This document shows positions 41,255 through 50,641 of a DNA stretch of 64,000 nt, piece by piece. Position 1 is the first letter of the stretch, and each line of letters starts with the position of its first letter. The notes beneath the pieces are model-generated. The model saw nothing but the letters and a program-made list of their open reading frames with translations, was not told the DNA's origin and did no database searches. The translations under genes and the position numbers were made by a program. Source of the stretch: Parcubacteria group bacterium Licking1014_17 (lineage in GTDB: Bacteria; Patescibacteriota; Minisyncoccia; 2-02-FULL-40-12; IGHO2-01-FULL-4-A). The DNA lies in assembly GCA_007376485.1 (NCBI GenBank), contig VMGJ01000002.1, forward strand, positions 15,134 to 79,133, given 5' to 3'.

Positions 41255-41610
41255 TTGCTATAAGGCGGGAAATGATTGCGCGGACAAACATTCCCCAGTT
41301 TAATATCAATGCCGTACTTCCACGCCCGGGCTCTTAAAAAAAGAGGGGTGAAAGTTGGGGGCATTAAACCTCGCGAGCAAGGTACTGATGACCTTTACCC
41401 GCAAGATTCCGCGATGGAACGCGTCGACCCCATATGCATAGGCAAACGGGGTTTTGGCGAGGAGGATTTAGCAGAGCTGACTCGCCCCGCAATCCATCCT
41501 CACTGTTCGCGTCCCAAAAAGAACTGTGGGTCGGGGCAAGCTCCCCAAGAGAATTTACCCCGACCCCTTTCTCTGAAACGGTAAACCACCATGCATTATT
41601 TAGTATATGA
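41255..41610 (+). ncRNA. rnpB: Candidate structured ncRNA, possibly a reduced RNase P RNA (rnpB). Strand and identity are tentative.
   Basis: A roughly 350-nt GC-rich gap with no protein-like ORF. It contains GGGGUGAAAG...GGGGCAUUAAACCUCGCGAGCAAGG, resembling the conserved RNase P GGUAAAC.CC...GAGCAAGG block, and CCCGGGCUC, resembling the P4 5' strand. Several long hairpins are present. Confidence 0.3.
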
Positions 41611-41634
41611 GATCGTCAAGTAAAGTCAATAGTT

Positions 41635-42225
41635 CTAAAATATTGTGTCTTCGTCAGCCCTTTTGTAAGAAAATATCTCTTTTTTTGAAAACCAATGACT
41701 GATTTCTCTTTTAGCTTCGGGAATAGAACCGGATGCGTGGACTATATTCCTGACTGTCCTTTTATTTTTGTTAGCAAGCGCTGGCGAATCAACGGAAAAA
41801 TCACCCCTTATGGTGCCCAAATCGGCGTTCGCCGGAATAGTTGAACCCACTATTTTTCTGCTCATTTCCACGGCATGAAGCCCTTCAAAAACCATAGCTA
41901 CAACCGGTCCAGAAGATAAAAACTCAATATTCCACTTATGGATAATTTCTCCGATTTTATAAGGATTATCGCTCCCCATTTCCTTTACTGGGTCCTTGCC
42001 ATATTTTTTGAAACTCTCAAGCGTTTTATTGCCCATTCCTTCCAGTTGTTCCTTCGTCGGCAAATAATGTTTGGCAATATGCGCGGGCGTGGGCTTGACC
42101 AATTTTAAGCCAACAAGCTTCAACCCTCTTTTTTCAAACCGCTGGATTATCTCCCCCACAATACCCCTTTGGACCGCGTCGGGTTTCGCCAAAATAAGTG
42201 TCTGCTCTTTCAATAAATTGCTCAT
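41635..42225 (-). CDS. ndk: Nucleoside diphosphate kinase, with insertions.
   Basis: EQTLILAKPDAVQRGIVGEIIQRFEKRGLKLVGLK and NIVHASGS (active-site His). Confidence 0.85.
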   Translation of the reverse strand: MSNLLKEQTLILAKPDAVQRGIVGEIIQRFEKRGLKLVGLKLVKPTPAHIAKHYLPTKEQLEGMGNKTLESFKKYGKDPVKEMGSDNPYKIGEIIHKWNIEFLSSGPVVAMVFEGLHAVEMSRKIVGSTIPANADLGTIRGDFSVDSPALANKNKRTVRNIVHASGSIPEAKREISHWFSKKEIFSYKRADEDTIF

Positions 42226-42230
42226 AAAAA

Positions 42231-43124
42231 TTATTTTATGCTCTTGATGGAGTAATTTTCCCCATCAAGCGTTAATTCAATTAAGCCGTTCTTATCAGTA
42301 CGATAATACGGAATGTGATTTTGGGCAAGACGGTCCAGAATTATCTGGCTGGGCAAATTATAGCGATTATTCTCGCCCACCTCAATAAACGCCGCCTTTG
42401 GTTTGACCGCGTTGAGAAATCTTTCCGATGTCGAGGTCTTGGAGCCGTGATGGGCGACTTTCAAAAAATCGCTGCTCAAACTGGCGTGGGAAGCGATTAA
42501 TTTATCTTCGACCTGCGACCCAATATCACCCGGAAATAAAACCGACTGCTTGCCGTATTCCAATCTTAGCACCGCCGAACTATTGTTCGTGGAGCTGACG
42601 GGCGCGTCTTTTTGGTTTTCAAACGGGTATAAAACCACCAGTTTCGCGCCACCGCCGATATCTACCGTCATTCCCCTCTCAACAGTTTCATCTTCAACTT
42701 TCTTTACACTCTCTTCTTTGTGCCATTCGTCACACAGCGAGGTTACGCAACGAACACCGGTTTCCAGAATTTCCCCGACGCTGTATCTGTCCAGAACACT
42801 TATCAATCCCGTCAAATGGTCGCTATCGGTGTGGCTTAAAACCAGCGCGTCAATTGACCGGTCAAAAAATGGCATAACTTTCCCGATTTCTTCCACCACC
42901 TTATTATCAGGTCCGCCGTCAATCAAAACCTGATTGCCGTTCGGCGATTCAATCAAAACGGCGTCGCCCTGTCCGACGTCAAGAAAATAAACTTTCAGCA
43001 ACCCTTTGCGGTCGGATACCGCGCGATAGCCGAGAAAACTGGCGGCGGCTATTAATACTAAAACCAGAAACGCCAGCCATTGCGCTTTCGGTATGCCGAC
43101 TGCTTTTTTGTTTTCTTCATTCAT
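42231..43124 (-). CDS. comEC: ComEC C-terminal metallo-beta-lactamase domain protein, encoded as a separate gene.
   Basis: VYFLDVGQGDAVLIE...LVLSHTDSDHLTGL (the HxHxDH motif). It overlaps the upstream ComEC membrane gene by 8 nt (ATGAATGA). Confidence 0.75.
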   Translation of the reverse strand: MNEENKKAVGIPKAQWLAFLVLVLIAAASFLGYRAVSDRKGLLKVYFLDVGQGDAVLIESPNGNQVLIDGGPDNKVVEEIGKVMPFFDRSIDALVLSHTDSDHLTGLISVLDRYSVGEILETGVRCVTSLCDEWHKEESVKKVEDETVERGMTVDIGGGAKLVVLYPFENQKDAPVSSTNNSSAVLRLEYGKQSVLFPGDIGSQVEDKLIASHASLSSDFLKVAHHGSKTSTSERFLNAVKPKAAFIEVGENNRYNLPSQIILDRLAQNHIPYYRTDKNGLIELTLDGENYSIKSIK

Positions 43125-44685
43125 TTTCAGGAACCGGTGGTTTCCCGCGCCAGCTTAAAAATAAAACAACGACAGCCGCCAGATAAAAAACAAAAACCGC
43201 CTGCCACGGAATTTTGACCGTTACATTGCCGCCCGGAATGGAACCGCCGATTTTTATTACTTTTATGACAAACTCCGACACCACCCAAGATAAACTGCCC
43301 AATATCTTTCCCAAAAAAGGAATTATTATGCCTAAAACGCCGGTGGCGAAACCCATTATCATTATTACGGGTATCAATGGCAGTATAATGGCGTTGACGG
43401 GCACGGAAATCAGAGAAAAACTTCCGAAACTGAATATGATTAAAGGCAGCACTGCCATTTGCGCCGAAATTGTCATGGCTAAAGTTTCGCGAAAATTGTA
43501 AACCGAGGGAGCCCAAAGAAAATATTTTTCAATCAGCGGACTGATGTAAACCAGCCCGAGCGTCGCGAGAAACGAAAGCTGAAAGCCGACGTCATAGCGC
43601 AAAATCAGCGGTTGGATAAGCACCATAACCGCCGCGGCGCCGATAATCGCCGTGCCCGGACTGCTTAGTCTGCCGTTCCGCCGTGCTATGAGGACGAGGA
43701 CGCCCATTATCGCCGCCCGGATTACCGAGGCGGCGGCTCCGACAAATATTGAAAAAACTGCGATGCCGATTATGGAAAATAACATCGCTCTCTTCCGCCC
43801 CAACACCGCCAAAAATATGAAAAGGAAAAATTCGGCGATAATAGTGATGTTGTATCCGGACACAGCCAGAATATGGGAAGTGCCGGTGCGCTTGAAATCG
43901 TTGGTCAGCGTTTCATTCTCAAAAACTCTGCCGCCTAAAAGCGTTCCGCCGACAAAAGAGGCGTTGGGCTCGGAGATCGAACGGGTAATTGAGTTTTCAA
44001 AAACATTGCGAACGGCGTAAATCGGCTTCAGAACGGATATTTTCACTTTGTCGGGAAAAGGGATTCCCGCCTGGTTGTTTATCACGGATATTTCGGGAAA
44101 ACTCATGGTTGTATAAATGCCGTCCTTCGCCAGATAAGATTTGTAATCAAACCCCTCAATAAAACCCGGCAGAAGTGGCACGCCATCCACGGATATGGTC
44201 TGCCCGAATTTATATTCCGGATAAGTATCCGATATGACGAGAACTTTCTCGTTCAATGAAATAGCGTGGTTACCGCTTATCAGTTGTCTGGCGCCGACAA
44301 TTATATTCCGCTTGCCGTTGTGAACACGCGTCGGTTCAGCCACATAACCTAAAATTGTTATCGTAACTTTCGGTTTTCCGCTTGTCTGTTTAACCTCCGC
44401 AAGCGACGCCGCTATTTCGGAAAGTCCGCGCATGCTGTAGCTGACTGATTGAAAACGCCAAATTCCCATAACCGCCACGACAAGTGCGAAACCGGCGACT
44501 AAGGGAATCAATTTTTTATCTTTCAACAGCGGTATCTTGCGCCAACTTAAAGCAACCAGAAAAACCCCCAGAGAAAAAAGGACAAACATAACATTTGCCG
44601 GCACCGAAAAAAAAGACGCTATAAAAACGCCTAAGACAAATGATAAGGATAAAACAATAAATACACGCGACGGATGCATAATCAA
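43117..44685 (-). CDS. comEC: ComEC/Rec2 competence membrane channel (DUF4131 plus competence domain).
   Basis: Polytopic 522-aa protein with an N-terminal OB-like DUF4131 and a competence-domain helix bundle. Confidence 0.75.
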   Translation of the reverse strand: MIMHPSRVFIVLSLSFVLGVFIASFFSVPANVMFVLFSLGVFLVALSWRKIPLLKDKKLIPLVAGFALVVAVMGIWRFQSVSYSMRGLSEIAASLAEVKQTSGKPKVTITILGYVAEPTRVHNGKRNIIVGARQLISGNHAISLNEKVLVISDTYPEYKFGQTISVDGVPLLPGFIEGFDYKSYLAKDGIYTTMSFPEISVINNQAGIPFPDKVKISVLKPIYAVRNVFENSITRSISEPNASFVGGTLLGGRVFENETLTNDFKRTGTSHILAVSGYNITIIAEFFLFIFLAVLGRKRAMLFSIIGIAVFSIFVGAAASVIRAAIMGVLVLIARRNGRLSSPGTAIIGAAAVMVLIQPLILRYDVGFQLSFLATLGLVYISPLIEKYFLWAPSVYNFRETLAMTISAQMAVLPLIIFSFGSFSLISVPVNAIILPLIPVIMIMGFATGVLGIIIPFLGKILGSLSWVVSEFVIKVIKIGGSIPGGNVTVKIPWQAVFVFYLAAVVVLFLSWRGKPPVPENE

Positions 44686-45356
44686 CTTACCGCACTGATT
44701 TCCTTCAAAACTTTTTCAAAAACATTGACGGCTACGACCGCCTGGTTGTGCTTCAAACTGAAACCGGCATCATGAACGATTAAATTTCTAAGTTTATGGG
44801 CGTCCCAGAGTTCCTGCAAACTGACCAAATTACCCGGCTTGATTAAAATAAGCCGTTCACCCATAGTTTCTCCCTGATAACCGGCGGCTTTAAGCGCATC
44901 ATCAACAAATTTATCCGCCTCAATGACGGCAATTTTCCATTCCGCTTCGTTGTATGACTGGGCTTTTGCTTTTATCGCTTCCCAACTGCCCTGTTTCAGG
45001 GTTGTTTGCATGATGGCGGGCGCGCCATCGCTTCCCGCGGGCGGCGTTTGAGTAGTTCTCGTTGCTTCGCCCATGGCTTTATTAATGGCGCGGATTCTGA
45101 AGAAAAGATATACCAGAACGAATATGAAGAAAATAATAAAAGCAATCGCGACTTTTTTCGCCGTGGCGATGAGGTCAGGGTCAGTTAAATCTAAGTGGAA
45201 GAAATTGCCGATGTTCCTGAAAAAATTTATTATCGGCTCAAAAATATTCGGGAGATTGATATCGGTTCTCAACCCGCTAAAATTCGGACCCCGCGGAGCC
45301 GAGGATTGTCCCAGCGTGAATACCCATGATGGAATTGTTGGCTGTGGTAAAAGCAT
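44682..45356 (-). CDS. Hypothetical membrane protein of 224 aa.
   Basis: One transmembrane helix and a soluble C-terminal domain. It overlaps the comEC start by 4 nt. Confidence 0.4.
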   Translation of the reverse strand: MLLPQPTIPSWVFTLGQSSAPRGPNFSGLRTDINLPNIFEPIINFFRNIGNFFHLDLTDPDLIATAKKVAIAFIIFFIFVLVYLFFRIRAINKAMGEATRTTQTPPAGSDGAPAIMQTTLKQGSWEAIKAKAQSYNEAEWKIAVIEADKFVDDALKAAGYQGETMGERLILIKPGNLVSLQELWDAHKLRNLIVHDAGFSLKHNQAVVAVNVFEKVLKEISAVS

Positions 45357-45365
45357 ATTTATAAT

Positions 45366-46769
45366 TTAACGTGATAATTCATAAGCATGGGCAACGCGCA
45401 AAATGGTTGCTTCGTCAAAATGCCTGCCCATTATTTGAAAACCGACCGGCAATTCTTTGCCGTCAATCAGTACAGTCCCGCAGGGCACGGAAATCGCCGG
45501 GATGCCGACAAGATTCGCCTGAACCGTAAACATATCAGCCATGTAAGCCGACAGCGGATCCGTCAGCTCCCCTATTTTCGGCGCAACCATCGGCGCGACC
45601 GGACCGACAATAACGTCAAAATTTTTATAAACTTTTTCAAAATCTTTCCGTAAGAGAGTCCTGACTTTCTGCGCCTTTAAATAATAGGCGTCGTAGTAGC
45701 CGGCGGACAACGTATAGGTGCCGATAATTACCCGGCGCCGCACTTCCGGACCCAAAAATTCGGCGCGGGTATGCAAATAGGAATCAATGTAAGAATCGCC
45801 ATCCGATGAAACCTTGCCGTATTTGATGCCGTCGTAGCGCGCCAAGTTTGAAGAAACTTCTGACGGAACAAGGATATAATAAGCCGCCAAAGCGTATTCA
45901 GCCGTTGGGATATTTACATAATCAACATAAATGCCGAGCTTACCCAGCACGCTTATCGCTTTTTCAACGGAAATTTTAATATCCGGGCTGATGCCTTCGC
46001 CGAAATACTCTTTCGGAACCGCGGCTCGCAAACCCTTAACGGGCTTATCCAATTCTTTGACAAAATCCGGAACTTCCGCCGGCGAGCTTGTAGAATCCAT
46101 CGGATCGCGCCCGGAAATGACATTCAATACTATTGCCGCGTCCTCGACAGTTTTTGTTATCGGACCGATTTGGTCAAAACCGGAAGCCATGGCAATTAAG
46201 CCGTGGCGCGACACTCTGCCATAAGTCGGCTTTAATCCGACAACGCCGCACAATGACGCCGGCATTCTGATTGAGCCCCCAGTGTCGGAGCCCAGAGCAA
46301 AAACCGCCATGTCCGCCGCTACTGCCGCCACAGAGCCGCATGAAGAACCACCGGCGATGCGCTTGTCGTCGTAGGGATTCAGGGTCGGACCAAAAGCTGA
46401 ATTTTCGCCGGTCGTACCCATGGCAAATTCATCCAAATTTGTTTTGCCAAGAATAACGGCCCCCGCGGCTTTTAACTTTGACACAGCCGTAGCGTCGTAA
46501 GCCGCTGTATAATTTGAAAGGATTTTAGAGCCGGCAGTGCAATGCTTTCCTTCCACAAGAATGGAATCTTTAACAGCGCAGGGAATACCGGCAAGCGCGC
46601 CGCCTGATTTTTCCGCTTTTTCATCACCTTTATAAACCTCCAGATAGGCGTTTAATTTTTTATCGTGAAGTTCAATTTCGCGCAAAAATCCCTGCCTGAT
46701 TTCCTCGGCACTCGCCTCGCCGTTCTCTATCATGTGCAGGACTTTTTTAATTGTCAGGTCGCTGTTCAT
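45366..46769 (-). CDS. gatA: Glu-tRNA(Gln) amidotransferase subunit A.
   Basis: Has the amidase signature (GGSSCGSVAAVAA, the Ser-cisSer-Lys triad region). The start was set at the ATG at 46769 (MNSDLTIKKVLHMIENGE). Confidence 0.9.
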   Translation of the reverse strand: MNSDLTIKKVLHMIENGEASAEEIRQGFLREIELHDKKLNAYLEVYKGDEKAEKSGGALAGIPCAVKDSILVEGKHCTAGSKILSNYTAAYDATAVSKLKAAGAVILGKTNLDEFAMGTTGENSAFGPTLNPYDDKRIAGGSSCGSVAAVAADMAVFALGSDTGGSIRMPASLCGVVGLKPTYGRVSRHGLIAMASGFDQIGPITKTVEDAAIVLNVISGRDPMDSTSSPAEVPDFVKELDKPVKGLRAAVPKEYFGEGISPDIKISVEKAISVLGKLGIYVDYVNIPTAEYALAAYYILVPSEVSSNLARYDGIKYGKVSSDGDSYIDSYLHTRAEFLGPEVRRRVIIGTYTLSAGYYDAYYLKAQKVRTLLRKDFEKVYKNFDVIVGPVAPMVAPKIGELTDPLSAYMADMFTVQANLVGIPAISVPCGTVLIDGKELPVGFQIMGRHFDEATILRVAHAYELSR

Positions 46770-46790
46770 AAATACTAAGTAAAATATTAA

Positions 46791-46930
46791 TTGAGAAATA
46801 CGTTTTTGAGCAGTACAGCGAGCCAGTTTTGCTTGGTCCCGCACCGGTATGGTGCGGGAAAACTGGCGAGGTATAAGTGAGGGCTTCGCTGGAAAGCCCG
46901 AACATCTGCGAAAAAATGTATTTCTCAATG
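46791..46930 (-). ncRNA. Copy A of a three-copy, roughly 140-nt structured RNA element, lying between gatC and gatA.
   Basis: Core GAGCAGTACAGCGAGCCAGTTTTGCTTGGTCCC.CACC...GGTG.GGGAAAACTGGCGAGGTATAAG...CGCTGGAAA...CATCTGCGAAA. The closing stem is TTGAGAAATAC/GTATTTCTCAA. It starts 12 nt after the gatC stop. Confidence 0.55.
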
Positions 46931-46941
46931 CTAAAGAACCC

Positions 46942-47247
46942 CTACTTTGCTTCTAAAATTGACTTCACTTTTACGAAATTCTCTTTTCGGCGCGGCGCCT
47001 GTCCGACAAGTTTTTCGGTATTTTCTAATGACGGCTCTATGGAATTCGTATCATCGCGGAAAACATTTTCCATGCCCGTTACCTGCGCCGTCGGCTCCAC
47101 ACCCGCCAAATCAAGTTCACCTATTTTATTGACGTAATCCAAAATCGGCTCCAACTCTCCGGTCAGTTTTTCCCGCTCTTTCGCGGTCAATTTTATCCGC
47201 GCCAAATGAGCGACATATTCAACTTCTTTTTCGGTAATACGAGACAT
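46942..47247 (-). CDS. gatC: Asp/Glu-tRNA amidotransferase subunit C.
   Basis: 101 aa, ...ITEKEVEYVAHLARIKLTAKEREKLTGEL... Confidence 0.85.
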   Translation of the reverse strand: MSRITEKEVEYVAHLARIKLTAKEREKLTGELEPILDYVNKIGELDLAGVEPTAQVTGMENVFRDDTNSIEPSLENTEKLVGQAPRRKENFVKVKSILEAK

Positions 47248-47377
47248 AAGTTAAAAATAGCACAAAAAATACAAAACCTAAAGATATTTGACGTTACTCA
47301 TTAATAATGTTATTATTAACACAGCCCACAAAGATTGTTGATTCCTTGACAATTTGGTTTAAGAAACGAGGTGTAAC

Positions 47378-47791
47378 ATGACACGCATTCTTTTTTCTGT
47401 TTTGGGGGTTTACATCCTGTTGTTATCTGTTTCCTGTGGTCCTACCCCACCGACCGTCCTGATTACAACATCACAGACGGAGACAAAGGTAAATCTAGAT
47501 GCTGCAATCACGATCGGTAATCACACGTGGCTGCCTCTTAATTTAGAGCAGGGCAAGCCCTTTGGGGAGCCGGCACGCCCTATTAACCACGTTCTGGACA
47601 TTCTCAATATTCTTAAAGCATTTGAGGATGCCCACCCGGAGTTGGAGACCACCGGGTGGTTCATTGAGAAGGAACAGCGTGCAAGTGGGACTATGAGGAA
47701 TATATTTGGTATCTGGGTTGATCATAGACCCAAACAGGCTTGCATATGCGACTGCAATTGCGGGCCCACACCAAAACTCGAAAAAGAGTAG
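47378..47791 (+). CDS. Hypothetical lipoprotein-like secreted protein.
   Basis: GAGGTG ribosome-binding site, a signal peptide with LSVSC, and a C-terminal CICDCNC. Confidence 0.5.
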   Translation: MTRILFSVLGVYILLLSVSCGPTPPTVLITTSQTETKVNLDAAITIGNHTWLPLNLEQGKPFGEPARPINHVLDILNILKAFEDAHPELETTGWFIEKEQRASGTMRNIFGIWVDHRPKQACICDCNCGPTPKLEKE

Positions 47792-47876
47792 GAGATAACG
47801 ACAAATCGGTTAGGGATTGCGGTATTTTGATAAGAAGCCACCATCCCCGGCCGATTTTTTTATTGATACAGCTCAT

Positions 47877-48030
47877 AGCCGAAGCCAAACTGCTTTTGAG
47901 CAGTACAGCGAGCCAGTTTTGCTTGGTCCCCCACCGGCACGCCGGTGGGGGAAAACTGGCGAGGTATAAGCGGAGGTTTTCGCTGGAAAAACCGGAGCAT
48001 CTGCGAAAGGGCAGTTTGACTTTGGCGCCA
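47877..48030 (-). ncRNA. Copy B of the structured RNA element, immediately 3' of ligA.
   Basis: Same core as copy A. The closing stem GCCAAACTGC/GCAGTTTG(A)C has different sequence but is still complementary. It abuts the ligA stop codon at 48031. Confidence 0.55.
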
Positions 48031-50178
48031 TTATTTTACCATCCTCAAAAACTCCCCTTCCGAGATTATTTTCACTCCCAGTTTTTTGGCTTTATCAAAT
48101 TTTGAGCCCGGTTCGTGGCCGGCGACGACATAGCTGGTTTCCTTGGATATCGACGATAAGGCGTCGCCGCCATTTTCGCGGACGAGTTTTTCGGCATCCT
48201 CGCGAGTAATGGTATCAAGCGAACCAGTGAAGATGAACGACAGTCCTTTCAATTTCTGCGATTTTTGCGATTTGCTTTGCGCCAGCACTTTCACCCCGGC
48301 TTTTTTGAATTTTTCCAAAAGTTTTTTGCTGTATGGTTTTTTGAACCACTTATAAATTTCTTCAGCCGTAACATCACCGATGTCTTTTATTGAATTCAAT
48401 TCTCCGGCTTCGGCACCGGCGATTTTTTCGATTGTGCCGAACTGGCGCGCCAAATCAACAGCCGTTTCAATGCCTACGTGCGGAATCCCCAAACTGAAAA
48501 CAAATCTATCCAGCGTCACGGTTTTGTGCGACTGAATGGCGCCAATTGTATTTTCGGCGGATTTGTCGGCAAATCTTTCCAGGTTCATCAGGTCTTCTTT
48601 TTTTAATTTATACAAATCAGTAACATCCCTGATTAAGCCGGCATCAACAAGCTGGTCAATTATTTTCGGACCGACACCGTCTATATTCATCGCTCCTTTG
48701 GAAACAAAATGATACATATATTCCCTTTTTCTCGCTGGACAGTTCTCGTTGACGCATTTGTGCGCGGCATAACCCTCTTCCCTGACAATCGCGCCCTCGC
48801 AGGCGGGACATTTTTTGGGAAAATGAAATTCTTTTTCCTTGCCAGTTCTCAATTCCTTCAAAACTTTTTTTATGTCCGGAATGACATCGCCCGCCCTTCC
48901 GACAACCACCGTATCGCCTATTTTCACTCCGAGCCGTTTTATTTCATCTTCGTTGTGGAGGGTGGCGCGCGATATCGTTGTCCCGCCGATTTCCACCGGC
49001 TCAAGCACCGCTACCGGCGTGAGCGTTCCGGTACGCCCGACGCTGACAATGATGTCATTCAATTTTGTCGTTGATTCGCGTGGAGAAAACTTGTAAGCAA
49101 CAATTGCTCTCGGTGCTTTGCCGATAATGCCCAGCTTTTTTGACATTTTATTGTCGTTGATTATTACAACCGTGCCGTCAATTTCATAAGACAGCTTTTC
49201 GCGGTGTTTTTCCCAGTAGTCGCGGAAACCGCCGACTTCGTCAATCGTGCGGCAATATTTATTGTTTGGATTGGTTTTAAAACCAAGCGCCTTGAGAATC
49301 AGATGCTCCTCTTCATGGGTTTCCTGCCCGAAATTTGTGAGCAACGAATACGCGTACGAATCAAGTTTGCGCGAAGCGGTCAGTTTGGGGTCAAGCTGTC
49401 TGATGGAACCGGCGGCAAGATTGCGAGGGTTTTTATAAGTTGCCTCTCCGGCTTTTTTCTGTTCGGCGTTCATGCGCTCAAATTCTTTTTTGCTCAAAAA
49501 AACCTCACCTCTCACAATAATTTCTTCCGGCAGCCCCTTCGACAAGCTCAGGGCAGGCTCCTTCGACAAGCTCAGGGCAGGCTCCTTCGACAAGCTCAGG
49601 GCAGGCTCCTTCGACAAGCTCAGGGCAGGCTCCTTCGACAAGCTCAGGGCAAGCCCTTTTTCCCCCATTTCCTTCAAAAATTCTTCTCTGCTATTCAACT
49701 TCAGCGGTATGGCTTCAACTGTTTTCAGGTTTTGAGTAACATTTTCACCGATAAAACCGTCGCCGCGGGTGGCGCCGACAGCCAAGCTCCCGTTTTTATA
49801 AATCAGCTCAATCGCTAAGCCGTCTATTTTTAATTCGCAGAAAAATCCGGAATCAATAGCGCGGCTATCCAATCTTTTTACGCGGTCTATCCAGTCGTTT
49901 AAATCATCTTTATTAAAAACATCATTGAAAGAAAGCATCCTTCCCGGATGGGTAAACTTTTCAAATTTATCCAACGGCTTGCCGGCAACGCGCTGGGTCG
50001 GCGAATCGGGGGTCACGATTTTTGGGAATTGCTGCTCTAAATCAAATAGTTCCTTTTTGAGCGAGTCCTCAACCGATTCTTCGATTATCGGCGCGTCCAA
50101 AACCAGCCGGTGATAACGGTATTTATTGATTAAAACCCTTAATTTTTCAGCCCTTTGAGCGGCTTCTTTTGTGGTCAT
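48031..50178 (-). CDS. ligA: NAD-dependent DNA ligase LigA, carrying an in-frame (EPALSLSK)x5 insertion.
   Basis: Has the KxDG adenylation motif region (ELKIDGLAIEL), the OB domain, a Zn finger (CPACEGAIVREEGYAAHKCVNENC), an HhH domain and a BRCT domain. The protein is 715 aa. Confidence 0.9.
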   Translation of the reverse strand: MTTKEAAQRAEKLRVLINKYRYHRLVLDAPIIEESVEDSLKKELFDLEQQFPKIVTPDSPTQRVAGKPLDKFEKFTHPGRMLSFNDVFNKDDLNDWIDRVKRLDSRAIDSGFFCELKIDGLAIELIYKNGSLAVGATRGDGFIGENVTQNLKTVEAIPLKLNSREEFLKEMGEKGLALSLSKEPALSLSKEPALSLSKEPALSLSKEPALSLSKGLPEEIIVRGEVFLSKKEFERMNAEQKKAGEATYKNPRNLAAGSIRQLDPKLTASRKLDSYAYSLLTNFGQETHEEEHLILKALGFKTNPNNKYCRTIDEVGGFRDYWEKHREKLSYEIDGTVVIINDNKMSKKLGIIGKAPRAIVAYKFSPRESTTKLNDIIVSVGRTGTLTPVAVLEPVEIGGTTISRATLHNEDEIKRLGVKIGDTVVVGRAGDVIPDIKKVLKELRTGKEKEFHFPKKCPACEGAIVREEGYAAHKCVNENCPARKREYMYHFVSKGAMNIDGVGPKIIDQLVDAGLIRDVTDLYKLKKEDLMNLERFADKSAENTIGAIQSHKTVTLDRFVFSLGIPHVGIETAVDLARQFGTIEKIAGAEAGELNSIKDIGDVTAEEIYKWFKKPYSKKLLEKFKKAGVKVLAQSKSQKSQKLKGLSFIFTGSLDTITREDAEKLVRENGGDALSSISKETSYVVAGHEPGSKFDKAKKLGVKIISEGEFLRMVK
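49532..49656. repeat. Five tandem copies of a 24-nt unit (CCTTCGACAAGCTCAGGGCAGGCT) inside ligA.
   Basis: The repeat is in frame. It encodes EPALSLSK x5 on the coding strand and SFDKLRAG x5 / LRQAQGRL x5 in the shadow frames. It belongs to the dispersed repeat family. Confidence 0.8.
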
Positions 50179-50318
50179 TTACTCTAAGAATATAACATAA
50201 AATAGCGTAAATGCGAGCGACACCGAGCCTAAACTACCTTTAGGCAGCACAGCGCTATTTGCTAACAATCATTCCATATGTTATTAAACAATCAGTCGGA
50301 AAATTGAAAGGAGTTACT

Positions 50319-50531
50319 ATGAAAGCGACCGTAAGCGCAGTCTTTGAAGCTTATCAAAGAGCAGTGGCGGAACGGGAGAAAGCAAGAAACGGTGATAGAG
50401 AACCCGGCAGCTACGGCGAAATGCTTGTGTTAACCGTACGTCTCGAAAAAGTTCTCCTGGAATGTGATGTTAAAATTGAACTACCCCAAGGGACAGAAAC
50501 GTTCATAGCCCCCGCGCTGAGCAAGCTATGA
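50319..50531 (+). CDS. Hypothetical 70-aa protein.
   Basis: AAAGGAG ribosome-binding site plus an ATG at 50319 (MKATVSAVFEAYQRAVAEREK...). Confidence 0.3.
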   Translation: MKATVSAVFEAYQRAVAEREKARNGDREPGSYGEMLVLTVRLEKVLLECDVKIELPQGTETFIAPALSKL

Positions 50532-50641
50532 AAAGCTTCAATCCCAACATCAAAAGTCCCCCATTTATTGGGGGCACTTTTTTTATTCCTATCATACTTT
50601 ATTCGAGATACAAGACTATTTTCTTTCAGACGATTCCATAA

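Noticed and set aside
41276-41584. ORF 41276..41584 (+), 102 aa.
   Set aside because: Its composition (G/P/R-rich) is not protein-like and no ribosome-binding site is present. The region is better explained as structured ncRNA.
46770-46928. Long N-terminal extension of gatA (track start 46928).
   Set aside because: The extension overlaps copy A of the structured repeat element and is not protein-like. The conserved GatA N-terminus begins at the ATG at 46769.
49532-49656. CRISPR array hypothesis for the 24-nt repeats.
   Set aside because: The units are perfectly tandem with no spacers, lie inside a coding gene in frame, and no cas genes are present. CRISPR-like spacing is also absent at 29941 and in the intron copies.
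49204-49818. Plus-strand ORFs with LRQAQGRL x5 and SFDKLRAG x5.
   Set aside because: They are shadow frames of the 24-nt tandem repeat inside ligA. ligA on the minus strand is intact and motif-rich.
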